Positions 1 to 10,422 are shown, numbered from the stretch's first letter. The stretch is DNA of 64,000 nucleotides from an uncultured Desulfosarcina sp. (GCA_963674945.2 CAXXWQ010000001.1:128001-192000), one strand, 5' to 3'. The notes: generated by a model not told the origin, from the letters alone. A program made the numbers and translations.

Positions 1-610
<610 letters not shown>

Positions 611-2812
611 TCATTTCTCGACCCGGCCGGCACAGATGTCGGCGATGTGACCCGTGGTGCGGTCATGGGGGGACTGTCCGGACCGGATCGCCGTTACGTA
701 GAATCGATCGACGTACTCCCCGACCATCCGGCGGGCGGAAAAGCGGGCTGCGTTGCTGCGGATCGCCTCTTTCATGACCCGAACCCAGCCTTTCGGGCAT
801 CCGTTATCATCGATATCGTAGTACAGCGGTATGATTTTCTCCTCCAGGAGTCGATAGATCGATTCGGCATCCACGGCCGATCGATCGGCTTCCTGAACGG
901 CGTCATCTCCGAAGGCCCAACCGTTTTTACCGTTATACCCCTCCATCCACCATCCATCCAGGATGCTCAACTGGGGCACTCCGTTCAAAGCGGCTTTCAT
1001 GCCGCTGGTCCCGCAGGCCTCCATGGGAGGCAACGGATTGTTGAGCCAAAGGTCTACGCCGTGCAGCAGGTACTGGGCGATCTGCTCGCCGTAATCCTCA
1101 ACGAATGCGATACGGCCGGCCATTTGCGGGTCCCGACAGGCATTGAACACTTTTTGAAGGATATGTTTGCCGGGATTGTCGGCCGGGTGCGCCTTACCGG
1201 CAAAAATAATCTGTATGGGGCGCCAGCGGTCGTTGAGCAGTTGCCTGATGCGGTCCAGGTCGGAAAGAATAAGGTCGGCACGCTTGTAAGTCGCAAAACG
1301 GCGGGCAAAACCGATGGTCAGGATGGACGGATCCAGCATGGCCCCTCCGGAAAGCAAAATCGAGGGACTGGCGTTCTCGGTCACCCACCTTTTTCGGCAG
1401 CGTTCCCGGATGGCATCGATCAGCTTGATCTTCAGCCAGTAGTGTGTCTGCCAGAGTTCCTGGTCCGGTATTGTTTCCACCCGTTCCCAGACAGACGGGT
1501 TGTCATGGTCATCCCGCCAGGTGGCTCCCAGATAACGATCATAAAGCAGCTTGCATTTCGGGTCAACCCAAGTGGGGACGTGGACGCCGTTGGTGATCGC
1601 GATGATGGGAACATCTTCGACGGCCCGGTCCGGCCACAGGCAATGCCACATGTTGCGGCTGACCGAGGCATGGTTGCGGCTCACCGCGTTTCGACAGGCC
1701 GATGCCTTGAGTGCCAGCACGGTCATATTGAATCCGTCGTTGGGTTGTTGCGGATGGAGGCCCAGTTCCAAGAAGCGTTCACGATCAATACCCAGATCGG
1801 GCCAGTATGCGTGGAAGTACTTCTCCATCAAGTGAAAAGGGAAGATATCGTGCCCGGCCGGGACCGGCGTGTGTGTCGTAAAGATCGTCCGATTCCGGAC
1901 CATGGCGAAGGCGTCATCGAAGGCCATCCCTTTTCGTATGCAATCCCGAATGAGTTCCAATAAGGCAAAGGCGGCATGACCTTCATTGAGATGGATCAAC
2001 TGGTATCGCAAACCCAGTTTTTCGAGCATCTCGGCACCGCCGATGCCCAAAACGATCTCCTGGCGCAGGCGCTGTTCCAGGTCTCCGGAATAGAGGCGGG
2101 CCGAGATACTCCGGTTCCACGGATCGTTTTGGGGGATATCGGTGTCCATCAGGAAAATCGGGTTGGTGCCGACGGCGATTTTCCATACCGCCACATGAAT
2201 GGGTGGGTCGATCAGGGGAACCTCGACCACGAGCTGTCGCCCGTCGTCGGTGAACACACGCGAAATGGCGGCGGCCTCCCGGTCGAAGGGTTCGTTGATA
2301 TTTTCCTGCCAGCCGTCTTCGCGAATTTTTTGCAGCAGATAGCCCTCGGGATACATGAATCCCACACCCACGATCGGTATGTTCAGATCGCTGCACTCCT
2401 TGATGAAATCTCCGGCCAGAAAGCCCAGTCCGCCGGCATAGAAGGGCAGCGAACGATGCAGGCCGTATTCCGCCGAAAAGTAGGCGGCTGCCGTCGTTGC
2501 CGGAGCCAGGGTCAATTCACCGTTCAGCAGCGGCCGCTCCTTGCGGTTCATATACTCCTGAAAAAGGGACATCGACTCGTTGTAGTGCCGCAAATAGTCC
2601 GGGTTCCTGGCAGCCGCCAGGAGAATGTCCGGTGAAATCTCGCGAAGCATTTTATCCGGGTTGTGCCCGCTTTCCTTCCAGGCCTGCCGATTGAGCATCT
2701 TGAACAGCATGCGTGCCTGCGGTCGCCAGCTCCACCACAAGTTCTGGGACAGATCGGCGAGTCCGGCGATGGGTTCAGGCAGGTTTGGAAAGAGTGTACG
2801 ACCGGTAACCAT
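611..2812 (-). CDS. glgP: Alpha-glucan (glycogen) phosphorylase
   Basis: 733 aa; YFSAEYG, GGLGFLAGD, HLNEGH, FAGKAHP and the PLP-lysine motif EACGTSGMK. Confidence 0.95.
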   Translation of the reverse strand: MVTGRTLFPNLPEPIAGLADLSQNLWWSWRPQARMLFKMLNRQAWKESGHNPDKMLREISPDILLAAARNPDYLRHYNESMSLFQEYMNRKERPLLNGELTLAPATTAAAYFSAEYGLHRSLPFYAGGLGFLAGDFIKECSDLNIPIVGVGFMYPEGYLLQKIREDGWQENINEPFDREAAAISRVFTDDGRQLVVEVPLIDPPIHVAVWKIAVGTNPIFLMDTDIPQNDPWNRSISARLYSGDLEQRLRQEIVLGIGGAEMLEKLGLRYQLIHLNEGHAAFALLELIRDCIRKGMAFDDAFAMVRNRTIFTTHTPVPAGHDIFPFHLMEKYFHAYWPDLGIDRERFLELGLHPQQPNDGFNMTVLALKASACRNAVSRNHASVSRNMWHCLWPDRAVEDVPIIAITNGVHVPTWVDPKCKLLYDRYLGATWRDDHDNPSVWERVETIPDQELWQTHYWLKIKLIDAIRERCRKRWVTENASPSILLSGGAMLDPSILTIGFARRFATYKRADLILSDLDRIRQLLNDRWRPIQIIFAGKAHPADNPGKHILQKVFNACRDPQMAGRIAFVEDYGEQIAQYLLHGVDLWLNNPLPPMEACGTSGMKAALNGVPQLSILDGWWMEGYNGKNGWAFGDDAVQEADRSAVDAESIYRLLEEKIIPLYYDIDDNGCPKGWVRVMKEAIRSNAARFSARRMVGEYVDRFYVTAIRSGQSPHDRTTGHIADICAGRVEK

Positions 2813-2869
2813 AGGCTCCTTTGCGCAGCAATGGGGAAGCGGTTGGCATACCCGTTCCCATCGGTTGTT

Positions 2870-3178
2870 CTATAGACGGATGACAGAATTGTGGCCGTCG
2901 CCAAAGGGTGTCGGCAGGGCGCCATCGGCATCGGGCTCGTTGGTCCAATGGGACTGCCCCAACAGATAACGGAACTGGTAGGATTGTCCGACGGCAAGCT
3001 CCATGGTGGTGCTGAAACCACCACTCTTCAGGCGACGCATGGGGGTGGCCGAGGTCGACCAGTCGTTGAACTCACCCACGACATATGCGCTATCGGCCTG
3101 TTTCCCGACGTCTTCCGGCAATTTGAAAGTTACCTTGCACACGGGTCTTGTCTTTAAGAACTGTTTCCGAATGCTCAT
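2870..3178 (-). CDS. Glycogen-binding (CBM48 / isoamylase early-set) domain protein
   Basis: 102 aa; VCKVTFKLP...VVGEFNDW...YQFRYL...W.NE..AD...NSVI. Confidence 0.85.
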   Translation of the reverse strand: MSIRKQFLKTRPVCKVTFKLPEDVGKQADSAYVVGEFNDWSTSATPMRRLKSGGFSTTMELAVGQSYQFRYLLGQSHWTNEPDADGALPTPFGDGHNSVIRL

Positions 3179-3334
3179 GGTTTTACTCCATATCCTGTTG
3201 AGGCAGTCACGTTGCAGTGAATGGCAAAACGGGCGGAATGTTCCTGCACGCCGGTTCAGTCATTCGCTACGCTACTATCGTCTCTTTTTCGTTGTTCCCG
3301 AAAAATCTTCCGGTTTCCTGGAGCCGGACAAGCA

Positions 3335-3796
3335 CTAGTTTGCCTTGATTTGGATCTTTTTCATTTCCGATTGTGCAATTTTGTTCAGGACTACCTTCAA
3401 TACCCCTTTTTTATATGAGGCATCCACAGTTTCCGGATCGACATCGGTGGGCATCTCGATGGTCCTGGAAAACTGCCCGTGGGCACGCTCGACCCTGACA
3501 TAGTTCTTCTCTTTTTCTTCCTTTTCTCGAATCTTCTCACCTTTTATGGTGAGTATTCTACCATCCAGAGAAACATCGATATCCTCCGCATCACACCCTG
3601 GGATCTCGGCCTGTACGGTAATCTGTTTTTCGCTATCGCTGACATCCACTCTCGGTGCCCATCGATCTCCCTTAAAAAAGTCACCGGGAAGAGGAGCGTC
3701 GATGTCAAAAAATCGGTTGAACAGGTTGTCCATTTCGTTTTTAAATCCCACCAGGTCACTTCCCATACGTTTTCTCCAAGGCATCAAATCAAACAT
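3335..3796 (-). CDS. Hsp20 / alpha-crystallin small heat-shock protein
   Basis: APRVDVSD...AEIPG...LTIKGEK...ERAHGQFSR...ASYKKGVLKV; start set at ATG 3796 after AAGGAGG RBS. Confidence 0.93.
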   Translation of the reverse strand: MFDLMPWRKRMGSDLVGFKNEMDNLFNRFFDIDAPLPGDFFKGDRWAPRVDVSDSEKQITVQAEIPGCDAEDIDVSLDGRILTIKGEKIREKEEKEKNYVRVERAHGQFSRTIEMPTDVDPETVDASYKKGVLKVVLNKIAQSEMKKIQIKAN

Positions 3797-3954
3797 CTCC
3801 CATCCTCCTTTTGTAAATGGTAATCCGATGTGTATTCTCCCGAACTTTTCCCTTTCACTCGATGAATGATGGACGATCAACGATTTTGCGAGTGAGGATC
3901 AAAATTCCGGTACTGGCAGTGAAAGGCGCGCGTCGGGACGTTACGATTTCTTAC

Positions 3955-3970
3955 AGCAAACCTTATGCCA
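3955..3970 (-). promoter_or_regulatory. Sigma54 (-24/-12) promoter upstream of hsp20
   Basis: Minus strand TGGCATAAGGTTTGCT: GG-N10-GC with TGGCA and TTGCT boxes. Confidence 0.7.
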
Positions 3971-4148
3971 TGCTTTTAGAGAAATAACCAACGACTCGGC
4001 AATGTCGGCAGGGGTATTGATTGTTACAATGATATCTAAAACTTATATGTTTCGGCAAAAGCAGTCTGGTTCGGTCCAAAGGGGAAGGGTTTCCTATGGG
4101 AATCAGGCCCAATGCGGGTGATGGAATGCCAAAATGGCATGGCCGGAC

Positions 4149-4277
4149 TGATTCCTTGTATTCAGACCGGGGGCGCTGCAACCGGAAACAACACGAACGA
4201 TACGGCACTGACGTGCTTTTGCATATCCGGTCCACGGGCCGGATTTACTGCCCAACCGGTTTCCGGGCGTTCGCTGA
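4149..4277 (-). repeat. Diverged copy (about 75% identity, manual alignment) of the modA leader at 7987-8113
   Basis: Shared core tccgg..ccggatatScaaaagcac-N4-gtgccgtaYcgttcg...ccggtYtgaat.caa.gaatca. Confidence 0.8.
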
Positions 4278-4679
4278 TTCAGGTGTAAAGACGTTTCCTG
4301 TACAACGATAAGCGGGTTCCATTGGAATTTTACAAAATGTAAAACTTTCTGACAGGCTATGATAGCGCTGCTGCTTTCCCTTTCTCGAACGCGTGGTTGT
4401 TTGCGTTCGGGACATATCCTCCCGGGTTGCAGACAGTCATCATCAAAAAATAACTCCCATCCAGCGTAAAAGATAGCCGATTACGATATTCTTGCCCACG
4501 GCAATGATAAAAGCAAGGTTTGACATTTTTTTGTACATTTTTTGATAATTTTTGATGTTGTCGTCACTGTATTCCACACGGCATAAAAACTTAAAATTCT
4601 GTAATTTCAGCATATATATCTTGGTTCGAACGGTTGGTGCCCTTATTGCTTGTATCTGCCTGCCAAACAGGAGGAACAA

Positions 4680-4994
4680 ATGCGAAAATTATCTGTTATT
4701 GCGATTGTCGGTCTTGCGACCCTATTCCTTTTCGTGTCCATCGCTTTTGCCGGCGCAGACAATCAACCGAAAACAGATCATTCGGACTATTGGCAGGGTG
4801 TCTGGCAAGAATTTAAAAACGACTGGAAGGCGATCGGTGCCGGTTTCAAGGAAACGGGAACCAATATGGGCCATGCTTTTAGAAATGAATTTAGAGAAAT
4901 GCCCGAAAATGTTCGCCAGGGCTGTAAAGAGACGAAAAGCGATTTTCAAACCTTTATCGGTTCCGGGCCCGTGAATTCAACTCCACCAAAGTAG
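4680..4994 (+). CDS. Small exported hypothetical protein
   Basis: AGGAGG RBS, ATG 4680, signal-peptide-like N-terminus (MRKLSVIAIVGLATLFLFVSIAFA); TTGACA...GATAAT promoter-like pair at 4520-4549. Confidence 0.7.
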   Translation: MRKLSVIAIVGLATLFLFVSIAFAGADNQPKTDHSDYWQGVWQEFKNDWKAIGAGFKETGTNMGHAFRNEFREMPENVRQGCKETKSDFQTFIGSGPVNSTPPK

Positions 4995-4999
4995 TTAAT

Positions 5000-5152
5000 T
5001 CATTCCGTATATTTCACCTTCGGGGTTGCAGTTCGGTCATTTTTGATGGATGCGATGACAGCTCCGTAAGGGTGGCCTTTTTCATCAGACGGTTCGTTGT
5101 CGTGAAAACCACAAAGGGTGAAGAATACCGTCCATAGGATGAATCGTTTCAT
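5000..5152 (-). CDS. Small hypothetical protein (50 aa)
   Basis: GAGGT RBS before ATG 5152; hydrophobic N-terminus MKRFILWTVFFTLCG. Confidence 0.4.
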   Translation of the reverse strand: MKRFILWTVFFTLCGFHDNEPSDEKGHPYGAVIASIKNDRTATPKVKYTE

Positions 5153-5374
5153 AGTAAATGACCTCAATGCTGCCGTGTTCCATTGGTTTACAAATAAATA
5201 GTAGTATGGCTTCAATATAAAATAAATGAAAAATATAATCCCAAATCGCGCTGCTTAAATTGACATTTCCATTGTGTTTATGTATTTTAGTAAATGGCAG
5301 AACAATGAATTGTTGCCGATATTCAACACCACTGCGAAGTTACATCAAGTAACGCAATTAGAGGGTGAGAGCAC

Positions 5375-5587
5375 GTGGATATTTGCCAAATAGCAATACC
5401 CGTTTTTTCATGCGGCTCAATATGGGCGTTTGCCGGTACCAGGTATAGACGGCTATGCTTTATTTTCGGTTTATGCGGGCAGCCATTTTGGTTCTACGCG
5501 ACATTTACCGCCAGTCAGTGGGGAATGTTCCTCGTCAGTCTATGGATCACCGGGAACCACATTCGAGGATTGTTAAATCATCGGTAG
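5375..5587 (+). CDS. Small membrane hypothetical protein (70 aa)
   Basis: GTG start after GAGGGTGAG; three short hydrophobic segments including GLCGQPFWFY. Confidence 0.55.
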   Translation: MDICQIAIPVFSCGSIWAFAGTRYRRLCFIFGLCGQPFWFYATFTASQWGMFLVSLWITGNHIRGLLNHR

Positions 5588-5722
5588 CCGCGAGGATTCC
5601 GTCGTTTGACGGCAGACCGGAAAGGAATGGACATTGCGCAAGTGCCGTTGCGCCGGTTTTTCTCCACGGTCGATGAAGCAGGTGCCTGTGGGATTCATCG
5701 CACCATGGTCTCATCCGGCATA

Positions 5723-6475
5723 TCATTGACGGTACGAAATGATACGGCCACACTTTTCACAAGGGCGAACACAGGAATCATCCCTTCCCAGGTGCGTCTG
5801 CAATTCCGGTCGGGACAACAGGTCATCCAGTTCTCCAGATGCAACCACATGCCCATTCTCCATGATGACCAGGTGATCGGCCAGATTCAGAATTTCATCC
5901 ATTATGTGGCTGACGTAAAGAATGGGAATGGCATACTCACGGGACAGCCGCATGATAAAGGGCAGCACTTCGGATTTGCGGGAAGCATCCAGAGAGGCGA
6001 GCGGTTCATCCATCAGCAGCATGGCGGGGCTGGTCAGCAGTGCCCGGCCGATGGCCACACGCTGTTTTTCACCTCCGGAGAGTCTGGCCGGCCGGCGGTC
6101 GAGCAGATGAGCGATGCCAAGCAGCGCAACCACTGCTTCAAGAGTGACGAAACGGCGCCGTGCCGGCGTCAGGTGCATGCCATAGGTCAGGTTGGCGCGC
6201 ACCGAAAGGTGCGGCAGCAGACGGCCGTCTTGAAAGACATAACCGATCCGGCGCTTTTCCGGCGGCAGGTCTATGCGCCGTTTCGAATCGAACAGGCAAA
6301 GGCCGTTGACGCTTATGCAGCCGGCATCGGGGCGCATCAAGCCGGCCACCATGTTGATGAGCGAAGTTTTTCCGGCACCGGACGGCCCGAACAATGCCGT
6401 AACGCCCGATTCCGGTCCCGTGAAGGCCGCATCAACCAAGAAGTCGCCTTGCCTGCGCGTAAGCTCTATTTCCAA
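5723..6475 (-). CDS. modC: Molybdate ABC transporter ATPase, C-terminally truncated (TOBE domain lost)
   Basis: GPSGAGKT, VFQDGRLLPHL, LSGGEKQRVAIGRALL, DEP, YVSH; only about 250 aa; out-of-frame TOBE tail at 5695-5775. Confidence 0.85.
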   Translation of the reverse strand: MEIELTRRQGDFLVDAAFTGPESGVTALFGPSGAGKTSLINMVAGLMRPDAGCISVNGLCLFDSKRRIDLPPEKRRIGYVFQDGRLLPHLSVRANLTYGMHLTPARRRFVTLEAVVALLGIAHLLDRRPARLSGGEKQRVAIGRALLTSPAMLLMDEPLASLDASRKSEVLPFIMRLSREYAIPILYVSHIMDEILNLADHLVIMENGHVVASGELDDLLSRPELQTHLGRDDSCVRPCEKCGRIISYRQ

Positions 6476-6481
6476 AACGAC

Positions 6482-7180
6482 TCAACCTTTCATGCGGGCG
6501 TCAAAACGTCGCGCCAGCATTTCCGAACAGACCAGTGCCGCCATGGCGATCAACACCGAGAGGATGCAAAGGCGCATGGCGCCGATTTCTCCGCCGGGCA
6601 CCTGTGTCAGGGTGTACAGGGCCAATGGCAGTGTCTGGGTTTGCCCCCGAATATTGGAAACGAAGGTGATCGTGGCCCCGAATTCGCCCAAACTTCGCGC
6701 AAAGGCGAGAATCAGGCCGGTGATGATGCCGGGTACCATCAACGGAAGGGTGACCGTGAAAAAAACCCGCAGCGGTCCGGCGCCCAAGGTGCGTGCGGCC
6801 GATTCCAGCCCCTGGTCCACACTCTCCAGGGAGAGTCTCACGGCCCGCACCAGCAGGGGAAATGACATCACCGCCGCCGCCAGAACAGCCCCCTTCCAGT
6901 TGAATGCCAATACAATGCCCAGATATTTGTAAAGTGCCGCCCCGATCAAACCATTGCGTCCCAGCAGCACCAGCAGCAGGTATCCGGTGACCACCGGCGG
7001 CAGTACCAGGGGCAGGTGCACCAATCCGTCCAGAATGTTTTTGCCCGGAAAACGCAGGCGCGCCAGAACCCACGCGACCAGGATGCCGATGGGCAGGCTG
7101 GCGGCCACGGCCCACCACGAAACCCACAGGCTCAGGCGCAGGGCTTCGACTTCGACGTCGGTCAGATTCCACAAATGCAT
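6482..7180 (-). CDS. modB: Molybdate ABC transporter permease
   Basis: LPLVLPPVVTGYLLL, ESAARTLGA, FARSLGEFGATI. Confidence 0.93.
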   Translation of the reverse strand: MHLWNLTDVEVEALRLSLWVSWWAVAASLPIGILVAWVLARLRFPGKNILDGLVHLPLVLPPVVTGYLLLVLLGRNGLIGAALYKYLGIVLAFNWKGAVLAAAVMSFPLLVRAVRLSLESVDQGLESAARTLGAGPLRVFFTVTLPLMVPGIITGLILAFARSLGEFGATITFVSNIRGQTQTLPLALYTLTQVPGGEIGAMRLCILSVLIAMAALVCSEMLARRFDARMKG

Positions 7181-7974
7181 TACCTGACTTCAAACCCATA
7201 CTTCTCAAACACGGCCCGGGCTTCGGCTGTTTTTAGGAAATCCAGGAACTTATGGGCTCCATGGATTTTTTCGCCCGCCACGGCCGCCACCGGGTAGACA
7301 ATGGGCGGATGACTCTCCGTGGGAAACGTGCCGACCACGCGCACCTTTTTGGAGATGGCCGCATCGGTGGCATATACCTGCCCGAGAGGCGTCTCGGCAC
7401 GCTCCACCAGCACCAGGGCCGCGCGCACATCCTTCATGGGGGCCAGACGGCCCTTGACCTGATCCCACAATCCCAGGCGTTCCATGGCATTCTTGCCATA
7501 CATGCCGGCCGGTACGTGCTCGGGATCGCCCATGGAAAGACGGCCATCGCTGCCCAGCAACGCGGCCAGATCCAGTCCCTCCTTTACCTCTACGGTTTGA
7601 ATCGCGCTTTGCAACGGCGCGATCAGAACGATGCGGTTGCCCAGAAGATCAAACCGCGACGCCTTTTCGATGGCACCTTTTTCCGCGAGAAAATCCATCC
7701 ATTTTTTGTTGGCCGAAAGATAGACATCTGCAGGCGCGCCGCTGGCAATCTGCTTGGCCAGCGTCGACGAAGAGGCAAAAGATGTCGTGATATGTCCCCG
7801 TCCCTTGGCCGCAAAGAGATCGCCGATTTCCGTGATGGCGTTGGTGGTGGATGCGGCGGCAAAAACGACGACCTCATCTTCCGCGGCGATCCCGTTCTCT
7901 GCGGAAAGTCCCATTCCCATTGCGGTCAGCATCATCACCACAAACAAGAGAAATCGTCGTTCTCCAAATTTCAT
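7180..7974 (-). CDS. modA: Molybdate ABC transporter substrate-binding protein
   Basis: VFAAASTTNA, FASSSTLAKQI, GDPEHVPAGMYG, VYATDA; signal peptide; start at ATG 7974 after AAGGAG. Confidence 0.92.
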   Translation of the reverse strand: MKFGERRFLLFVVMMLTAMGMGLSAENGIAAEDEVVVFAAASTTNAITEIGDLFAAKGRGHITTSFASSSTLAKQIASGAPADVYLSANKKWMDFLAEKGAIEKASRFDLLGNRIVLIAPLQSAIQTVEVKEGLDLAALLGSDGRLSMGDPEHVPAGMYGKNAMERLGLWDQVKGRLAPMKDVRAALVLVERAETPLGQVYATDAAISKKVRVVGTFPTESHPPIVYPVAAVAGEKIHGAHKFLDFLKTAEARAVFEKYGFEVR

Positions 7975-7986
7975 TTCCATCTCCTT

Positions 7987-8113
7987 TGATTCGTTGAATT
8001 CAAACCGGGTGTTTTGACCCTGGAGCCAACCCGAACGGTACGGCACGAATGTGCTTTTGGATATCCGGTCTACGGCCGGACATCCATGCAACCGCTTTTC
8101 GGGTGGTCGTTGA
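7987..8113 (-). promoter_or_regulatory. modA 5' leader, duplicated at 4149-4277; candidate structured cis-element
   Basis: Lies directly upstream of the modA RBS; two small hairpins (tccgg/ccgga, gcac/gtgc) are kept in both copies. Confidence 0.45.
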
Positions 8114-8123
8114 CGTAAGGGGT

Positions 8124-8837
8124 TCATCCAAAATTGCATTTCCCAAAGCACGATGGCGCCGGCTTGCAGTTTTCCGTTCTTGCATCCACGATTGCCGCAT
8201 CCGAATCGGGAAAATCGAATAGCCGGCCGGAACGAATAACGCCGATACGGTCCGCCAGGAGACGTGCTTCCTCCCAATTGTGAGTCACGAAAATCGTGGT
8301 GATTTTCAATTGCCTTTGATGGTTTTTCAACTCAATCCGAAGTCGCTTTGCATTTTCTGTATCCAGGCTGCTAAACGGTTCATCGAGAAGCAAAATTCGC
8401 GGATCGGTGGCGATGGCCCTTGCCAAGGCCGCCCTTTGTTTCTCACCTCCGCTCATCTGGCTCGGATGTCGATCCGCCAAAGCTGAGATGCTGAACCTCT
8501 GCAGCAGTGCATCCGTCTTTTCCAACACTGCCCGACGTTCCAATTTCAGGTGCGCCATGGCCAGCATCAAGTTTTTACGGACAGTCAGGTGAGGAAAAAG
8601 AAGCAGGTCTTGAAAAAGATAACCGACCCGCCGCCGATATGGCGGCAGGCCATCGACGCGGTCCCCATTGAAAAAGATCTGTCCGGTGCAGGGCAGCAGT
8701 CCCGCAATTACCTGCAACAATGTGCTTTTGCCACACCCCGAGGGACCCAGCAGCACAAAGAACTCGCCTTCAGCGACCTTCAGGTCAACCCCGGCAAGCA
8801 CACGTGCGGAAACCTTTTCCATTCGGATCGTCGTCAC
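8124..8837 (-). CDS. ABC transporter ATPase (second molybdate/tungstate-type system)
   Basis: GPSGCGKST, YLFQDLLLFPHL, MSGGEKQR, LDEPF, VTH. Confidence 0.88.
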   Translation of the reverse strand: MTTIRMEKVSARVLAGVDLKVAEGEFFVLLGPSGCGKSTLLQVIAGLLPCTGQIFFNGDRVDGLPPYRRRVGYLFQDLLLFPHLTVRKNLMLAMAHLKLERRAVLEKTDALLQRFSISALADRHPSQMSGGEKQRAALARAIATDPRILLLDEPFSSLDTENAKRLRIELKNHQRQLKITTIFVTHNWEEARLLADRIGVIRSGRLFDFPDSDAAIVDARTENCKPAPSCFGKCNFG

Positions 8838-9631
8838 TGGCCAATTCCCAACATGGATGGATCATCTGAAAGCGGGGCACCGATCCAGCGCAGGACCAGC
8901 AGCAAAAAAAATCCGGTCATAATCAATAGCCAGGCGCACACAAGGGCGATTCCCAGCTCACCGCTGGAGATATTCAAAAATACGGCGATGGGCAGCGTTT
9001 CGGTTTTAAAACGGGTCGCCCCCGCCACCATCAGGGTCGCGCCGAATTCGCCTACCGCCCGCGCCCAGCAGAGCACCACACCACTGAGAAGAACCGGTCC
9101 GGCCATGGGCAGGGCCACCCGCAGAAAAACCTGGCTGGGTTTCAACCCCAGTGTCTGTGCAGCCTGTTCGAAGCGTGTGTCGATGGCCGCGAAAGCCGCT
9201 CGACTGGTTCGGGTCATGATGGGTGTGGCGATCAGGGTCTGGGCCAAAATAGCCCCCCACGGGGTGAACAGCAGTTCGATTCCCAACCGGTCCAGTACTT
9301 GGCGCACCCCGTCGCTACCCAGAAGAAAAAGAAGACCCACGCCGGCCACCAGCGGTGTCATGGTCATCGGCAGGTCGACCAGGGTATCGATCAAGATTTT
9401 ACCCCTGAAGACCTGGCGCGCCAGGAAATGACCGGCGGGCACACCCAGAAGTACCGCGATCATCGTTGCCGTGCCCGATGTCAGCAGCGTAAGGCATAGA
9501 GCAAAGCGAATTTCAGCAGATGCAAACGTCGCCAATGCCTGGGAAAGCGGTAGGTGAATAAAAAGTCCTGCCAACACCCCGGTAATGAGAAGAACGAGCA
9601 GACCGGTGGATACCAATGAGGCGCAACGCAT
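8834..9631 (-). CDS. ABC transporter permease, ModB/WtpB-like
   Basis: DLPMTMTPLVAGVGLL, EQAAQTLG, WARAVGEFGATLMVAG; start chosen at ATG 9631. Confidence 0.88.
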   Translation of the reverse strand: MRCASLVSTGLLVLLITGVLAGLFIHLPLSQALATFASAEIRFALCLTLLTSGTATMIAVLLGVPAGHFLARQVFRGKILIDTLVDLPMTMTPLVAGVGLLFLLGSDGVRQVLDRLGIELLFTPWGAILAQTLIATPIMTRTSRAAFAAIDTRFEQAAQTLGLKPSQVFLRVALPMAGPVLLSGVVLCWARAVGEFGATLMVAGATRFKTETLPIAVFLNISSGELGIALVCAWLLIMTGFFLLLVLRWIGAPLSDDPSMLGIGQ

Positions 9632-9641
9632 GTTAAGCGGA

Positions 9642-10409
9642 TCACTTTCCCAAGGGTACAAAGCCGTACCGCTCAAACACGGTGACGGCGTTCGGAGAAC
9701 TCAGGTAATCGCGCATTTGATCGGACAACTCGGGTTGCAATGTCGAATCGAGAACGGCCGCCGCGATGATTTCCGCCTGGAAGTACTCAGGAGGAATGGG
9801 CACGATGGCGATCCTGTCACGGTTCTGAAAGGCATCGGACCTTCCGATGATGGCCGCGTCCACGCTTCCCTGGCTGACGTACAGGGCAAGCTGCTTGACC
9901 GTAGCGCCATACACGGCGACATTGTTTACGATGGCGTCCTTCTGGCCCGATCTCTCGCAGATCGTCATGGCCGTTCGGCCAAAGGCCATGGCCTTGGGAT
10001 CGCCCATGGCCAGCTTGACGTCCGGTTTCGCTAGATCCTCGAAGGCTTTAATCCGTTCCACCCGGGTGATATTGACGCCGATGACCGGCGTATGCTGCGC
10101 AATCCGCCGATAGGAGCGGATCTTGCCTGATTTCTCGAGTTTTTCGATGTAAAAAAAGGCGCCGGGAATATACACATCCCCTTTGCCGGAAGCAATGATC
10201 CGGGCTAACAGTTGCCCACTGCCGCCATAATCGATAACCACCCGATGGCCGGTTTGGGTTTCGAAGTCTTTTGTCAGATGGTCCACGGGCGGGCGCAGTC
10301 CGGCCCCCACGAACAGATGCAGTTCTCCGGCGCCGGCCACTTGAAAAAGGCTCATGGCGAGAACAAAAGCAAACCCGCCAAAAAATGCAGTCAGCGTTGG
10401 GCTTTTCAT
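9642..10409 (-). CDS. Molybdate/tungstate-type substrate-binding protein (ModA family)
   Basis: FVGAGLRPP, YGGSGQLLARI, GDPKAMAFG; signal peptide; start uncertain (10409 or GTG 10439). Confidence 0.85.
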   Translation of the reverse strand: MKSPTLTAFFGGFAFVLAMSLFQVAGAGELHLFVGAGLRPPVDHLTKDFETQTGHRVVIDYGGSGQLLARIIASGKGDVYIPGAFFYIEKLEKSGKIRSYRRIAQHTPVIGVNITRVERIKAFEDLAKPDVKLAMGDPKAMAFGRTAMTICERSGQKDAIVNNVAVYGATVKQLALYVSQGSVDAAIIGRSDAFQNRDRIAIVPIPPEYFQAEIIAAAVLDSTLQPELSDQMRDYLSSPNAVTVFERYGFVPLGK

Positions 10410-10422
10410 CTTCTGTCTCTTT

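Noticed and set aside
647..2635. Long plus-strand ORFs (438 and 219 aa), and similar antisense ORFs such as 5606-6865, 11837-12850 and 36744-38009
   Set aside because: Shadow frames opposite well-supported genes in GC-rich DNA; no motifs
7987..8113. Canonical Moco/Tuco or c-di-GMP riboswitch
   Set aside because: The consensus elements I recall are not present; kept only as an unclassified candidate
7975..8277. N-terminal 100-aa extension of ModA in the ORF track
   Set aside because: Overlaps the upstream ATPase gene; the RBS and signal peptide indicate a start at 7974
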